Shown: positions 51,311-61,213, numbered from the stretch's first letter. The stretch: DNA of 64,000 bases from Microvirga sp. (GCA_041913065.1 JAYSGD010000020.1:1354-65353); one strand, 5' to 3'. Made by a program: numbers and translations. The notes: generated by a model from the letters alone, not told the origin.

Positions 51311-51379
51311 GGATCCTGAGCGCCCGGCGCATCAAGCGCATTCTACCGCGTCCATGATCGCTCGTGCGGATGCAGCTCC

Positions 51380-51780
51380 ACCAGGATGTCATCCCGGACG
51401 GCGCAAGCCGATCCGGGATCGCAGGCAGAACAAAGCGCGCGCTCCCTCCCCCTTGCGAGGAGGGCCGGGGTGGGGGTGGTCCGAGCGGGTGAGCGCTTTG
51501 TCGGTAAAGCGCGACCCTAACCTCTCCCGCGTGGGAGAGGTCGACGCGCGCCAGCGCGGCGGGTGAGGGACTGCCATCTCCTGTGAGGGCATGCCCGCAC
51601 CCCTGCCCCTCTCCCATCGCAAGTCGGGTGCTCCCGACTTGCGCAAGCCAAAACTGATCTCGGAAATATCCGAGATCAGGGAGAGGGGATGCTCGTAGAA
51701 CTCGTTGCGCTGACTGGATGAGCGCTGCGCGTCCCTCAATCCCTCCCCGCAAGGGGGAGGGAACACGCGCAGCGCAGCTG
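51380..51780. repeat. dense array of GC-rich palindromic intergenic repeats (REP/BIME-like)
   Basis: Hairpins present: CCCTCC..GGAGGG, CCTCTCCC gcgt GGGAGAGG, GCAAGTCGGG tgct CCCGACTTGC, TGATCTCGG aaatat CCGAGATCA and CCCTCCCC gcaa GGGGAGGG. The GATCCGGGATCGC motif is shared with about 8060. Confidence 0.65.
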
Positions 51781-51782
51781 CC

Positions 51783-53811
51783 TCAGACGATGAGGAAATC
51801 CGCCGCCGAGAGCGCGGCCTTGTTGGCGATCTTCATGATCTCGACCGGCTTGTATTTCGCGCCGTTGCCGTCGGCATCGTAGGAGACCACGCCGCTCTTG
51901 TAGATCAGGTAGTCGTTCTTGTCCGTCGCCTTGGTCTTCTTGAAGAACTTCTTGTTCAGGGTTCCTGGCGCCTCCATCGTGCCCTTGCCGAGCTTCTTGA
52001 AGATCTTGTTGTCGAGCAGGATCTTGTCCTCGCCGCGCGTGAAATCGGTGATCGTGTCGAAGTTCACCTTGCGGTCCGTCTTCCAGGTGCCGGGCTTGGC
52101 ATCGAACACGAACCGGTCCGCGCCGGCGCCGCCGGTGAGCACATCATTGCCTGACTTGCCGTAGAGCTTGTCGTCGCCGGCCCCACCGGTCAGCGTGTTC
52201 TTCGCCTTCGTGCCGATGAGGGTCTGACCCGCTGGAGAGGCTCCAGGAGGCGTGCTTCCGGCGGGTGCGGGCACTGGCCCATTTTGATCCGTGAGATGTT
52301 CAATGCCGTTAGCCCTCAGCAGGGCAATATCGGCGGCACTGAAAATGCCATTCGTCAAAATGATATGGTCGTTGGCTGTCGAATGCCCTCGCATAAGGCG
52401 CGCTGTTTCCATGGAGTCGACCCCAACGACCGTACCGTTCTTGGCAAAATCGATGATTTCCACGTTCATGAAATATTTGTCGCTGAGATCGAAGACGGCT
52501 CCGTTCAGTCGCACAATGTCCTTGCCGTCGGTCGATTGCCCCCCTCAGATCGATGACACGAACATCCTCCATGGAGTTCGGAGCTATCATGACGGTTTCG
52601 TCTCTGTTCGAGCCCCTGACGGCATCGACGCTACGAAGATAGCCATCGTGAATATTGAACGAACCACCGCCGCTGAGGAAGAGAGTATTGTCTCCATCTC
52701 CGCCGTAAATTCCGTTGAAGGGAAGCTGGAGTCCTTCTCTCGTCGAGAAGAAATTCACGCGGTCTCTACCAACGCCTTTCCATTCTGCGGGCATTTCAAA
52801 CTGTGTGCCGTTTGGAGCGACAGTTGCCTGGACGACTGCCCGATCCGTCCGGTTCTCGTTATCGACCACAATGACTTCGATCTGCCTTTCCGAAACTTGG
52901 AAGGCATCGGTGTTGGTGTACGTCAACGCTCGCAACACCTCCTGCACGCGCGCACTGGTTGCGTTGTTGTTGAATGCTATCTCGAGACCGGCTGCTGACA
53001 GGTTTGAGACTGAGCCAATAACCGTGCCTTCGACGAGAATGTTTGTGCCTTTCGCCATAGGACCCGAGAGGCTTACAGCGCTGTCTGTGGCTGTACGAAT
53101 TCCGTATACATCGAAGATGTCGTGGAAACCGGTCGTTCGCACGGTGAGGGATTTCATGTAGGGAGCCGAACCTTGGAAGAGCAACTCGGCGCCTTGATCC
53201 AGCAGGCCCGGATTGCCGGCCTCCGTCTGCATCCTATCATTGTGAAAATTGTTCATGAGCGGCCTGGGGTTCACATGGTCGCCGCTCTCATCCCGCAAAT
53301 AAATCACGCCTCGTTCATAAAGTGCGAGCCTCTGAGCTTCGGAGAAAGTTCCCTCTGAAAGGGTGACGTACACACTGTTATAGGGGCTGACTTTCACGAG
53401 CATCGCGGTTTCAAAATCGCGAACAACGATGCGCGCCGGCGTAACAGCCGAGAACATCGAGTACGTGATCTCATGAATGTTGCTCAGCGTCAGATCGGTA
53501 AGATCCAGATCGTCGCCGTAGAACAGCAGCGTGTTGTATCCTGTGCCGCCTTTGATATGCTTGAGCTTTGGAAGGACATCCCTTCCGAGTTGAAAGATCG
53601 TGTCTCCAGTTGCTCCCTCAATCGTTTCGATGCTCGTGATGTTCAAGTCGTAAAGACGAACATATCCTGCTTCATTGATCTTCAAGGTATCGTTGCCGGC
53701 GCCGCCGTCGAAACGGCCAAGAATATTGGGGCCGACGATGTGGACGTCATCTCCGTCGCTTCCCGTCCATTCCTCGTATGTTTCAGAGGCAAGGCCTAGC
53801 GGTGACGTCAT
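51783..53811 (-). pseudogene. RTX-type calcium-binding secreted protein gene interrupted by a 1-nt frameshift in a G6 run
   Basis: ORFs 52309..53811 and 51783..52514 are one reading frame if one G is removed from the run at 52539-52544. The C-terminus has GGAGDDKLYGKSGNDVLTGGAGADRFVF nonapeptide repeats and a T1SS-like tail. GC is clearly lower than in the surroundings. Confidence 0.7.
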
Positions 53812-53902
53812 CGAAAGCTCCTAAGTAAACATTCCTTGTGTAATAATGTACCTAAGAATTTACTTTGTCTATCAAGGGTCTCTGGTTGACCATCCAGCAC
53901 AT

Positions 53903-53946
53903 GTTCCTATTTTGTTCTTGACAAGGTTCCTAAGCTTGGCTATGGG
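53903..53946 (+). promoter_or_regulatory. LexA (SOS) box fused to a sigma-70 promoter, copy 2
   Basis: GTTCCTATTTTGTTC at 53903-53917 is identical to 7219-7233. It is followed by TTGACA (53918-53923), N17 and TATGGG (53941-53946). Confidence 0.65.
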
Positions 53947-53952
53947 TGGCTT

Positions 53953-54285
53953 GGCCCGATCCACCGAGGGGCGCTCTCGCGAGGCGTCGTGATGGTGGGA
54001 TCGGGCACGGTCCCGTGCGGAGGATGACGCAATCCCCCGTGACGGGAGGCCCCGGCGAGAGGCTGGGCTCCGCTCTGGTCCAAGGCCGCCCGTATCAAGA
54101 CGGTGTCCGCCTTGGGCAGAGCTGGGGCCATGTCGCGCCGGTCCGCCTAAAAAAGCCGTGCGCGGGGAGCCGTTTGGTTCTTCACTCACACTAGCCGAGC
54201 CGGACGCCTCCTCGCGCCCCCTCGACCTCAAACCCTCGGGCGAGCCGCGCCGCGAGGATACTCCCGCTCGTTCTTTGAAAATCAC
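53953..54285 (+). ncRNA. candidate LexA-controlled structured RNA, copy 2
   Basis: Collinear with copy 1 at a constant offset of 46684 nt up to 54164. 54041-54164 is identical to 7357-7480. The hairpin at 54018-54039 differs in sequence from copy 1 but still folds. The 3' end is an estimate (T-rich tract at 54271-54276). Confidence 0.45.
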
Positions 54286-54287
54286 AT

Positions 54288-54400
54288 GCCCTTCCGTCAT
54301 GGCCGTCCCCGGACTTGATCCGGGGATTGATCCGGCCACTCACGTCTTCCACCGCGTCAAGGCGTGGATCCCCTCAACAAGTGCGGGGATGACGGAGCAA
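54288..54400. repeat. palindromic intergenic repeat (CCGTCAT...ATGACGG type)
   Basis: CCGTCATGGCCGTCCCCGGActtgaTCCGGGG ... GCGGGGATGACGG. It is related to the ATGGCCGGC..GCCGGCCAT elements near 7942. Confidence 0.5.
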
Positions 54401-54530
54401 ACGACCTACTAGCCGATCGCCGCGTCAAGGTTTTCTTCCCCCCGCTGCGCTTCGGCCAGGAATGACACCTTGTTCTGACACGCTGACCCGCCTCGTGCCG
54501 TCGATCACGACACTGGCGAGCCCAGCGCCT

Positions 54531-54565
54531 TTCAAAAACGAAATGCCCGGCACAGGGCCGGGCAT
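54531..54565 (-). terminator. Rho-independent terminator of ilvE
   Basis: ATGCCCGGC/GCCGGGCAT stem at 54543-54565. On the minus strand it is followed by TTCGTTTTTG. Confidence 0.75.
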
Positions 54566-54593
54566 GACGGTAGAGATAACGAAGTAAAAAGCC

Positions 54594-55484
54594 TTAAGCG
54601 GCCTTGGCCTTCTTCGGCTGCACCTCGGCGAGGTAGTCTTCCATCAGCGTCTTCGAGATGTTGCCCGGCGTGAACTTGTAGGGGCCGATCTCGGCCACCG
54701 GCGTCACTTCCGCCGCCGAGCCGGTGATGAAGCACTCGTTGAAGCCGGCAAGCTCCTCCGGCATGATCCGTCGCTCCGCCACCTCGAAGCCGCGGCGCTT
54801 GGCGAGGTCGATCACCGTGCGGCGCGTGATGCCGTCGAGGAAGCAATCGGCGATCGGCGTATGGATCACGCCGTCACGGGTGAAGAACACGTTCGCGCCC
54901 GTGCATTCGGCCACACGTCCCTGCCAGTCGAGCATGAGCGCATCGGCATAGCCCTTCCGCTCGGCCTTGTGCTTGGAGATCGTGCAGATCATGTAGAGGC
55001 CCGCAGCCTTCGCGGCGGAGGGCGCGGTCGCCGGATCGGGACGACGGTACTCGGCCATGTCGATGCGGATGCCCTTCATCTTCTCTTCCGGATTGAAGTA
55101 GCTCGGCCATTCCCAAGCCGCGATGGCGAGGTGAATCTTGTTGTGCTGGGCAGAGACACCCATCATTTCCGAGCCGCGCCAGGCGACCGGACGCAGATAA
55201 GCGTCCTTCAGCCCGCTCTTCTCCAGCACGAGGCGCTTGGCCGCGTCGATCTCGGCCACGGTGTAGGGAATCTCGAAATCGAGGATCTGAGCCGATTTCT
55301 TCAGGCGCTCGGAATGCTCGGTCGACTTGAAGATCTCGCCGCCATAGGCGCGCTCGCCCTCGAACACGCTCGATCCGTAATGGAGACCATGGGACAATAC
55401 GTGCAGCTGCGCGTCCTTCCACGGTACGATCTGCCCGTCGTACCAGATCCATCCATCACGTTGATCGAAGGGGGTCGCGGACAT
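54594..55484 (-). CDS. ilvE: branched-chain amino acid aminotransferase (class IV)
   Basis: 296 aa. GLHYGSSVFEGERAY, PSAAKAAGLYM and GANVFF are present. Confidence 0.93.
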   Translation of the reverse strand: MSATPFDQRDGWIWYDGQIVPWKDAQLHVLSHGLHYGSSVFEGERAYGGEIFKSTEHSERLKKSAQILDFEIPYTVAEIDAAKRLVLEKSGLKDAYLRPVAWRGSEMMGVSAQHNKIHLAIAAWEWPSYFNPEEKMKGIRIDMAEYRRPDPATAPSAAKAAGLYMICTISKHKAERKGYADALMLDWQGRVAECTGANVFFTRDGVIHTPIADCFLDGITRRTVIDLAKRRGFEVAERRIMPEELAGFNECFITGSAAEVTPVAEIGPYKFTPGNISKTLMEDYLAEVQPKKAKAA

Positions 55485-55637
55485 CGTCTTTTCTCCTTGC
55501 TGCCGGCCTTTTGGCGAACCGGGGCCGTGTAATTTCCGGTTTGCTTTCGTCCCGTTGGAATTTCATTCATTTCGCGAAAGCGCCTTGACGAGTAACAATC
55601 GTCCTGAGATATGTCAACAAGGCTGACATAAAATTGG

Positions 55638-56165
55638 ATGAGGAAGTTGCCCGATACGCTCCCGGTTCTGAAAACCCGCCAACCCGGCAAGGACATCCTG
55701 GCCGAGACGCCGGCCTATGACCTGATCGAGCTGTTCTTCTTCGCTTATCGCGACTTCGTCAGCGATCCCGACAGAATCCTGGACGAATACGGCTTCGGCC
55801 GGGCGCATCACCGCGTGCTGCATTTCGTCAGCCGCCAGCCCGGCCTGACGATCGCGGAGCTGCTCGACATTCTCAGGATCACGAAGCAGAGCCTGAACCG
55901 CGTGCTGAAGGAGCTGATCGAGAAGGACTTCATCGAGAGCCGCACGGGCACCTCTGACCGGCGCCAGCGGCATCTGCATGCCACGCCCCAGGGCCATGAT
56001 CTCGCCTTGAAGCTGGCCAAGCTTCAGACGCGCCGCATCATGCGCGCCCTGTCCGATATGGAGCCTGAGGCCAAGGAGGCCGTCAGCCGCTATCTCGTGC
56101 GCCTCATCGACCCGGATGACCGGGCCCATGTGGAACGTCTCGTATTCGGGCCGGGGAAAATCTGA
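55638..56165 (+). CDS. MarR-family transcriptional regulator
   Basis: The winged HTH is LTIAELLDILRITKQSLNRVLKELIEKDFIESRTGTSDRRQRHLHATPQG. Confidence 0.85.
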   Translation: MRKLPDTLPVLKTRQPGKDILAETPAYDLIELFFFAYRDFVSDPDRILDEYGFGRAHHRVLHFVSRQPGLTIAELLDILRITKQSLNRVLKELIEKDFIESRTGTSDRRQRHLHATPQGHDLALKLAKLQTRRIMRALSDMEPEAKEAVSRYLVRLIDPDDRAHVERLVFGPGKI

Positions 56166-56213
56166 TAAAGCAGGCATCCGACGACGCCTGTCGAGCCCGA
56201 ATACAAGAGACCG

Positions 56214-56933
56214 ATGGAACCCAGCCGCATCGATATACCCGATCACGCCCCGCACGTCCTCGTGGTGGATGACGACCGGCGCCTGCGCGACCTGCTGACC
56301 CGCTTTCTCACCGAGAACGGATATCGCGTCACGGCCGCGTCCAGCGCGGCGGAAGCGCGCTCCAAGGCCGGGAGCTTCGTGTTCGACGCCCTCGTGCTCG
56401 ACGTGATGATGCCGGGCGAGACCGGCTTCGAATACGCCCGCAGCATCCGCGAGACCTCGCAGGTGCCGATCCTCATGCTGACCGCCCGCGCCGATGCATC
56501 GGACCGGGTCACCGGCCTCGAGATCGGCGCCGACGATTATCTCCCCAAGCCCTTCGAGCCGCGCGAACTGCTGCTGCGCCTCGGCAACATTCTCAGGCGC
56601 GCCGTGGCAGTTCCCGGAGCCGCCGGAACGGATGCTCCGGAGGTCATTCATTTCGGCCCCTTCTCCTACCGCTTCGACCGAGGCGAATTGCGGCGCGGCG
56701 AGGAAGTGGTGCGCATCACCGAACGCGAGCGCGAGATCCTGACCATTCTCGGAACCGCCACGGGCGACAACGTCCCGCGCGATGCGCTGGCCGGCAACGG
56801 CGCCGCCGCGAACGAGCGCACGGTGGACGTGCAGATCAACCGCCTGCGCCGCAAGATCGAGGTCGATCCGGCGAACCCGATGCTCCTGCAAACGGTGCGC
56901 GGCATCGGCTACCGGCTCGTGATCGACCGATGA
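56214..56933 (+). CDS. OmpR-family response regulator
   Basis: Receiver domain (VLVVDDD...DALVLDVMMPG...LPKPF) and winged-helix output domain (VDVQINRLRRKIE...TVRGIGYRL). Confidence 0.9.
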   Translation: MEPSRIDIPDHAPHVLVVDDDRRLRDLLTRFLTENGYRVTAASSAAEARSKAGSFVFDALVLDVMMPGETGFEYARSIRETSQVPILMLTARADASDRVTGLEIGADDYLPKPFEPRELLLRLGNILRRAVAVPGAAGTDAPEVIHFGPFSYRFDRGELRRGEEVVRITEREREILTILGTATGDNVPRDALAGNGAAANERTVDVQINRLRRKIEVDPANPMLLQTVRGIGYRLVIDR

Positions 56934-58297
56934 AGATCGGCGCGACCCTGCGATACGCACCGCTCGATCATGCGATGCGCTGGTTCGGCAGGTTTCTGCC
57001 CAAGGGTCTCTATGCGCGCGCGCTCATCATCATCATCGCGCCGGTCATTCTGCTGCAATCGGTCGTGGCCTACGTGTTCATGGAGCGCCATTACCAGCTC
57101 GTCACGCGCCGCCTGTCCTCCGCGGTGACCGCCGATATCGCGGCGCTGATCCAGATCTATGAAAGCTATCCGCAGGATCGCGACGCGACGGTTCTGTCCC
57201 GCATCGCATCGGACAGCCTGCAGCTCGACGTGGACATCCTCCACAACACCGACCTGCCGCCGCCGGGACCGAAGCCTTTCTTCTCGATCTTGGACGAGAC
57301 CCTCTCCACCGAATTGCAGCGCCAGATCGAGAAGCCCTACTGGCTCGATACGGTCGGGCGCTCGAATTATGTGGAAGTGCGCATCAAGCTCGATGGCGGC
57401 AACGTGATGCGCGTGCTGGCGCGTCGCAACCAGGCCTACGCCTCCAACTCGCACATCTTCCTTGTCTGGATGGGCGGCTCGTCCTTCGTGCTTCTCGGCA
57501 TCGCCATTCTCTTCCTGCGTAACCAGATCAGGCCTATCCTGCGCCTCGCGGAAGCCGCCGAAGCGCTCGGCAAGGGGCGCGAGATCGAGTTCCGTCCGCG
57601 CGGCGCGCGCGAGGTGAGACAAGCCGGCCATTCCTTCCTGGAGATGAAGCGGCGCATCGAGCGGAACATCGAGCAGCGCACGACCATGCTCAACGGCGTC
57701 AGCCATGATCTGCGCACCATCCTCACACGCTTCAAGCTCTCGCTCGTCTTCCTTGAACAGACACCGGAAGTGGAAGACCTCAAGCGCGACGTGGACGAGA
57801 TGAGCCGCATGCTGGAAGGCTATCTCGCCTTCGCGCGCGGAGAAGGCGGAGATGCGGGCGAGGTCGCCTGCGAGACGGACCTGCGCCAGCTGCTGGAGGA
57901 AGCGCAGCTTGATGCGGAGCGACAGGGCCACATCACCGAGCTCGACATCGTCGGCGACCCGATCATCACCGTGCGCCCCGATGCCTTCCGGCGTCTTCTG
58001 TTCAATCTCGTGTCCAACGCGGCACGGCACGGCGACCGGATCGAGATCAGCGCGAACCATGAGACGCGCTGGCTCATCCTTCACGTGGATGACGACGGGC
58101 CCGGAATTCCGCAGGATATGCGCGAGGAAGTCTTCAAGCCGTTCGTGCGTCTCGATGAAGCGCGCAACCAGGATGAGGGCGGCTCAGGCCTGGGCCTCGC
58201 CATTGCCCGCGATATTGCGCGTTCGCACGGCGGCGACATCATGCTGAGCGAAAGTCCGCTCGGAGGGTTGCGCGCAACGGTGCGGCTGCCGGCTTAA
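56930..58297 (+). CDS. EnvZ-like sensor histidine kinase
   Basis: Two TM helices, a HAMP domain, the H-box GVSHDLRTILTR, the N box LVSNAARHG and the G boxes DDDGPGIP / GGSGLGLAIAR are present. There is a 4-nt overlap with the regulator gene. Confidence 0.9.
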   Translation: MKIGATLRYAPLDHAMRWFGRFLPKGLYARALIIIIAPVILLQSVVAYVFMERHYQLVTRRLSSAVTADIAALIQIYESYPQDRDATVLSRIASDSLQLDVDILHNTDLPPPGPKPFFSILDETLSTELQRQIEKPYWLDTVGRSNYVEVRIKLDGGNVMRVLARRNQAYASNSHIFLVWMGGSSFVLLGIAILFLRNQIRPILRLAEAAEALGKGREIEFRPRGAREVRQAGHSFLEMKRRIERNIEQRTTMLNGVSHDLRTILTRFKLSLVFLEQTPEVEDLKRDVDEMSRMLEGYLAFARGEGGDAGEVACETDLRQLLEEAQLDAERQGHITELDIVGDPIITVRPDAFRRLLFNLVSNAARHGDRIEISANHETRWLILHVDDDGPGIPQDMREEVFKPFVRLDEARNQDEGGSGLGLAIARDIARSHGGDIMLSESPLGGLRATVRLPA

Positions 58298-58305
58298 GCC
58301 GTCGA

Positions 58306-58662
58306 TCAGTAGAGGCGCCCGCCAATCGGCACGTCACGATCAGGCCGGATGAGCATCACATCGCCATTGGCATCCGGCACGCCGAGGGTGAGCACTTCCG
58401 ACATGAAGGGGCCGATCTGGCGCGGCGGGAAGTTGACGACGGCGAGCACCTCGCTGCCGACCAGATCGTCGATCTTGTGATTCACCGTAATCTGCGCGGA
58501 CGAGCGCTTGGTGCCGATCCCGGGGCCGAAATCGATGGTCAGCTTGTATGCGGGCTTGCGTGCCTGCGGGAACGGCTCGGCGGCGACGATGCGTCCGACA
58601 CGAATATCGACCTTCAGAAAGTCGTCAAAACCGATTGTCGCATGTGTTGCCGACTGATCCAT
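58306..58662 (-). CDS. csaA: tRNA-binding-domain protein (CsaA-like chaperone)
   Basis: FLKVDIRVGRIVAAEPFPQARKPAYKLTIDFG...QIGPFMSEVL. Confidence 0.8.
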   Translation of the reverse strand: MDQSATHATIGFDDFLKVDIRVGRIVAAEPFPQARKPAYKLTIDFGPGIGTKRSSAQITVNHKIDDLVGSEVLAVVNFPPRQIGPFMSEVLTLGVPDANGDVMLIRPDRDVPIGGRLY

Positions 58663-58674
58663 GCTGTCCCTCGA

Positions 58675-59373
58675 TCAAATAGCTGCCGCCGGATTATCCG
58701 CATCACCGTTGTCGGTCGAGGCCTGCTCTCGGCGGCGCGAGCTACGACCCTCCACGAATGCACGGCCGATGGCGCGAAGCGGCGCGGTCAGGCGGCGGAA
58801 ATCCTCCGCCCCCTCGAGCACGCGCTCGCCACGACGCAACTCGCGGTCGAGGCTCGCCATGGTGCGCGCCAGTGCCGGATCTTCATCGTCGAGCCATGTA
58901 CGCATGGTCTTCGAATAGACCGCGACCATGCCCTGAAGCTTCAGCGTACCAAGCGGGCCTTCCGTGTTGATGCCGGCGGCAGCGAGCATGAAGCGCATGG
59001 AATTCACCGCGACCTGATGCAAGGCCGCGAGCGACAGCGGATCGTAGCGCAATTCGCGGAAGATGCGCCGCAGCGCAGGCTTGTAGGGTTCGAGCGCATC
59101 GAGGCGGCGCATGATCACATCGAAGATGCGTTCGCGGGCCGGTTCGCCCGCGAGATCGTCGGTGGTCTCCTCCAGCACCTGCCGGTCGATCACGCGTGAT
59201 AGGCCGCCGAGAACCGCTCCCTTGGAGGGAAAGAGATCGCGGAATTCCGCGAGCGATATGCCAGCCATCTGGGCGATGTCGCCGATCTCGATTTCATTCC
59301 ATGGCCGCGTCGCTGCCAGATTCATCAAGGCTTCGATAATGGCCTTGCGATTGTCGATCGGGGCATCCGCCAT
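58675..59373 (-). CDS. TetR/AcrR-family transcriptional regulator
   Basis: MADAPIDNRKAIIEALMNLAATRPWNEIEIGDIAQMAGISLAEFRDLF. AGGAGAG Shine-Dalgarno upstream. The 8-codon upstream extension is not used. Confidence 0.85.
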   Translation of the reverse strand: MADAPIDNRKAIIEALMNLAATRPWNEIEIGDIAQMAGISLAEFRDLFPSKGAVLGGLSRVIDRQVLEETTDDLAGEPARERIFDVIMRRLDALEPYKPALRRIFRELRYDPLSLAALHQVAVNSMRFMLAAAGINTEGPLGTLKLQGMVAVYSKTMRTWLDDEDPALARTMASLDRELRRGERVLEGAEDFRRLTAPLRAIGRAFVEGRSSRRREQASTDNGDADNPAAAI

Positions 59374-59404
59374 GGCAACTCTCCTTGAACCTAACATGCA
59401 TCAT

Positions 59405-59522
59405 CTAAAGCATCGGACCCAAAAGTGGACTTGCACTTTTGGGATAAACCCGATGCTTCCTTCCAAAAACGAGAGCATCGTATGGCCGGAAAACCGGATC
59501 CACTTTTCCGTACGATGCCCTA
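59405..59522. repeat. composite palindromic repeat element (MITE/REP-like), copy B, inverted relative to 29121..29232
   Basis: CCCAAAAGTG gacttg CACTTTTGGG lies at 59419-59444. GGAAAA ccggatccac TTTTCC lies at about 59487-59510. The shared flanks are CGATGCT..AAG and GAGAGCATCG. Confidence 0.75.
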
Positions 59523-59549
59523 AGTGTCGTCAGATCGAAGACCATGGGA

Positions 59550-60377
59550 TCAGCCGGAGAGTTCCCCGGCACGCCGCTTTGCCGCAGCCACGGCGTCACG
59601 CATCAGTGCCTTCATGCCGTTCGGATCGGCCATGAGGATTTCGAGCGCTGCCGCCGTCGTGCCGCCGGGCGAGGTCACGTTCTGGCGCAGGGTGCCGGGA
59701 GGAAGATCACTTTGGAAGAGCAGTTCGCCCGCGCCCGTGATCGTCGCCCGCGCAAGACGCTCCGCCAGATCGCGCGGCAATCCCGCCGCGGCGCCGGCTT
59801 CGGCGAGGCATTCGACGAGATGGAACACGTAAGCAGGGCCGGAGCCGGATACGGCGGTAACCGCGTCGATGAGGCCTTCCGACGAGACCCATTCCACGAT
59901 GCCGTTGCTGGCGAGAAGCGCATGGGCCATGCGGCGCTGCTTGTCGCTCACCTCGGCATTGGTGGCGGCACCGGTTGCGCCGCGCCCGATGCTGGCGGGA
60001 AGGTTGGGCATGGCGCGAATGACGGCCGAGGCTGCGGGCAGGCGCGCCTTCAGATCGCCGATGGTCTTGCCTGCAAGGATCGAGATGACGAGCGTCTGCG
60101 GACCGATGAACCCGTTGAGGTCCGGCGCAGCCGTAGCAAGCATCTGCGGCTTGATGGCGAGTACGACCACGTCGGCCGGCGAAACGCTTGCGGGATTGAG
60201 CGCGATGCCCTTTTCCAAGCAGAAGCGCGTCATCTCGTCAGAAGGACGCGGGTCGACGACCGTCACGTCCTTCGGGTTCAGGCCGACCTTGAGCCAGCCC
60301 TCCAGCATGGAGCCGCCCATCTTGCCGGCGCCGACCAGAATGAGGGATGACGGCAGATCGTGAGATTGAGGCGACAT
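59550..60377 (-). CDS. proC: pyrroline-5-carboxylate reductase
   Basis: MSPQSHDLPSSLILVGAGKMGGSMLEGW..., plus AVSGSGPAYVF and TSPGGTT. Confidence 0.9.
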   Translation of the reverse strand: MSPQSHDLPSSLILVGAGKMGGSMLEGWLKVGLNPKDVTVVDPRPSDEMTRFCLEKGIALNPASVSPADVVVLAIKPQMLATAAPDLNGFIGPQTLVISILAGKTIGDLKARLPAASAVIRAMPNLPASIGRGATGAATNAEVSDKQRRMAHALLASNGIVEWVSSEGLIDAVTAVSGSGPAYVFHLVECLAEAGAAAGLPRDLAERLARATITGAGELLFQSDLPPGTLRQNVTSPGGTTAAALEILMADPNGMKALMRDAVAAAKRRAGELSG

Positions 60378-60468
60378 GGTCTCTTCCCGAAGCATGGATG
60401 GATTTGCACCGCATCATCCATGCTCCGCCCTACCCTGTCGAGGCAGGCCTTGGCTTTTCGACCGGCTT

Positions 60469-60969
60469 TTAAGCCTCGCCCTCGGTTTCGAACAACACGC
60501 TGTCGAGAGCCTCGCGGGCGGTCTTGCCGGCCCAGATCACGAACTGGAAAGCCTGGAAATAGCGCTCGCAGGCTTCCACCGCGACGCGCAGCATGGTCTC
60601 GCATTGCCCCTGGGTGGGGTCCGCGCCGCCCGCCAGCAGCAGGGAATGGCGGAACATGACCACGTTTTCCGTGCTCCAGAGGTCGAAATGGCCGACCCAG
60701 AGCTGCTCGTTGATGTAGGAAATGAGCTGGAGAACTTCCTGCCGCCGCCGCTCGGGAACCTTCAGGTCGAAGGCGCAGGCCACGTGCAGAGCCTCCACAT
60801 CCTCGATCCAGGTGAAGGCGATGTCGTAATCCGCCCAGCGTCCGGCAACGGAAATCGACATTTCGTCAGCTTCCGCGCGGTCGAAGATCCAATGCCGATG
60901 GGAAGCGATCCGCTCGACAACGTCGAGTGGATGTTCCAAGCGATCGATTTCGATGTGATGCTGAGACAT
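60469..60969 (-). CDS. YbjN-domain protein
   Basis: 166 aa. PLDVVERIASHRHWIFDRAEADEMSISVAGRWADYDIAFTW... The position upstream of proC is conserved. Confidence 0.75.
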   Translation of the reverse strand: MSQHHIEIDRLEHPLDVVERIASHRHWIFDRAEADEMSISVAGRWADYDIAFTWIEDVEALHVACAFDLKVPERRRQEVLQLISYINEQLWVGHFDLWSTENVVMFRHSLLLAGGADPTQGQCETMLRVAVEACERYFQAFQFVIWAGKTAREALDSVLFETEGEA

Positions 60970-61213
60970 GTCGATCCAAAAAGCTCGATTGCCCGAATAT
61001 GGTAAACAGAAACAGGCAATATCGTTGCGTTAATCCAAGCTTTTTCTGAAAAGAGCTTCCCGAATACGTAAGAGCATCCGGGATTCTTGTCACTGCCGGC
61101 TCGAATCAGCTCATGAATCACAGTCTTAGATTTTAGCCCCCCTCACAATGCGCTATCCGGACCTGTCCACAACAGGAGGGTTTCGCTGGAAGCAGGGCCG
61201 TATCCCACCTGGA

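Noticed and set aside
51783-53900. The low-GC RTX segment, and other low-GC patches (11.9-12.4 kb and 32.6-33.3 kb), as a genomic island or mobile element.
   Set aside because: I could find no integrase, transposase, tRNA target or direct repeats at the boundaries. Only the compositional deviation is reported.
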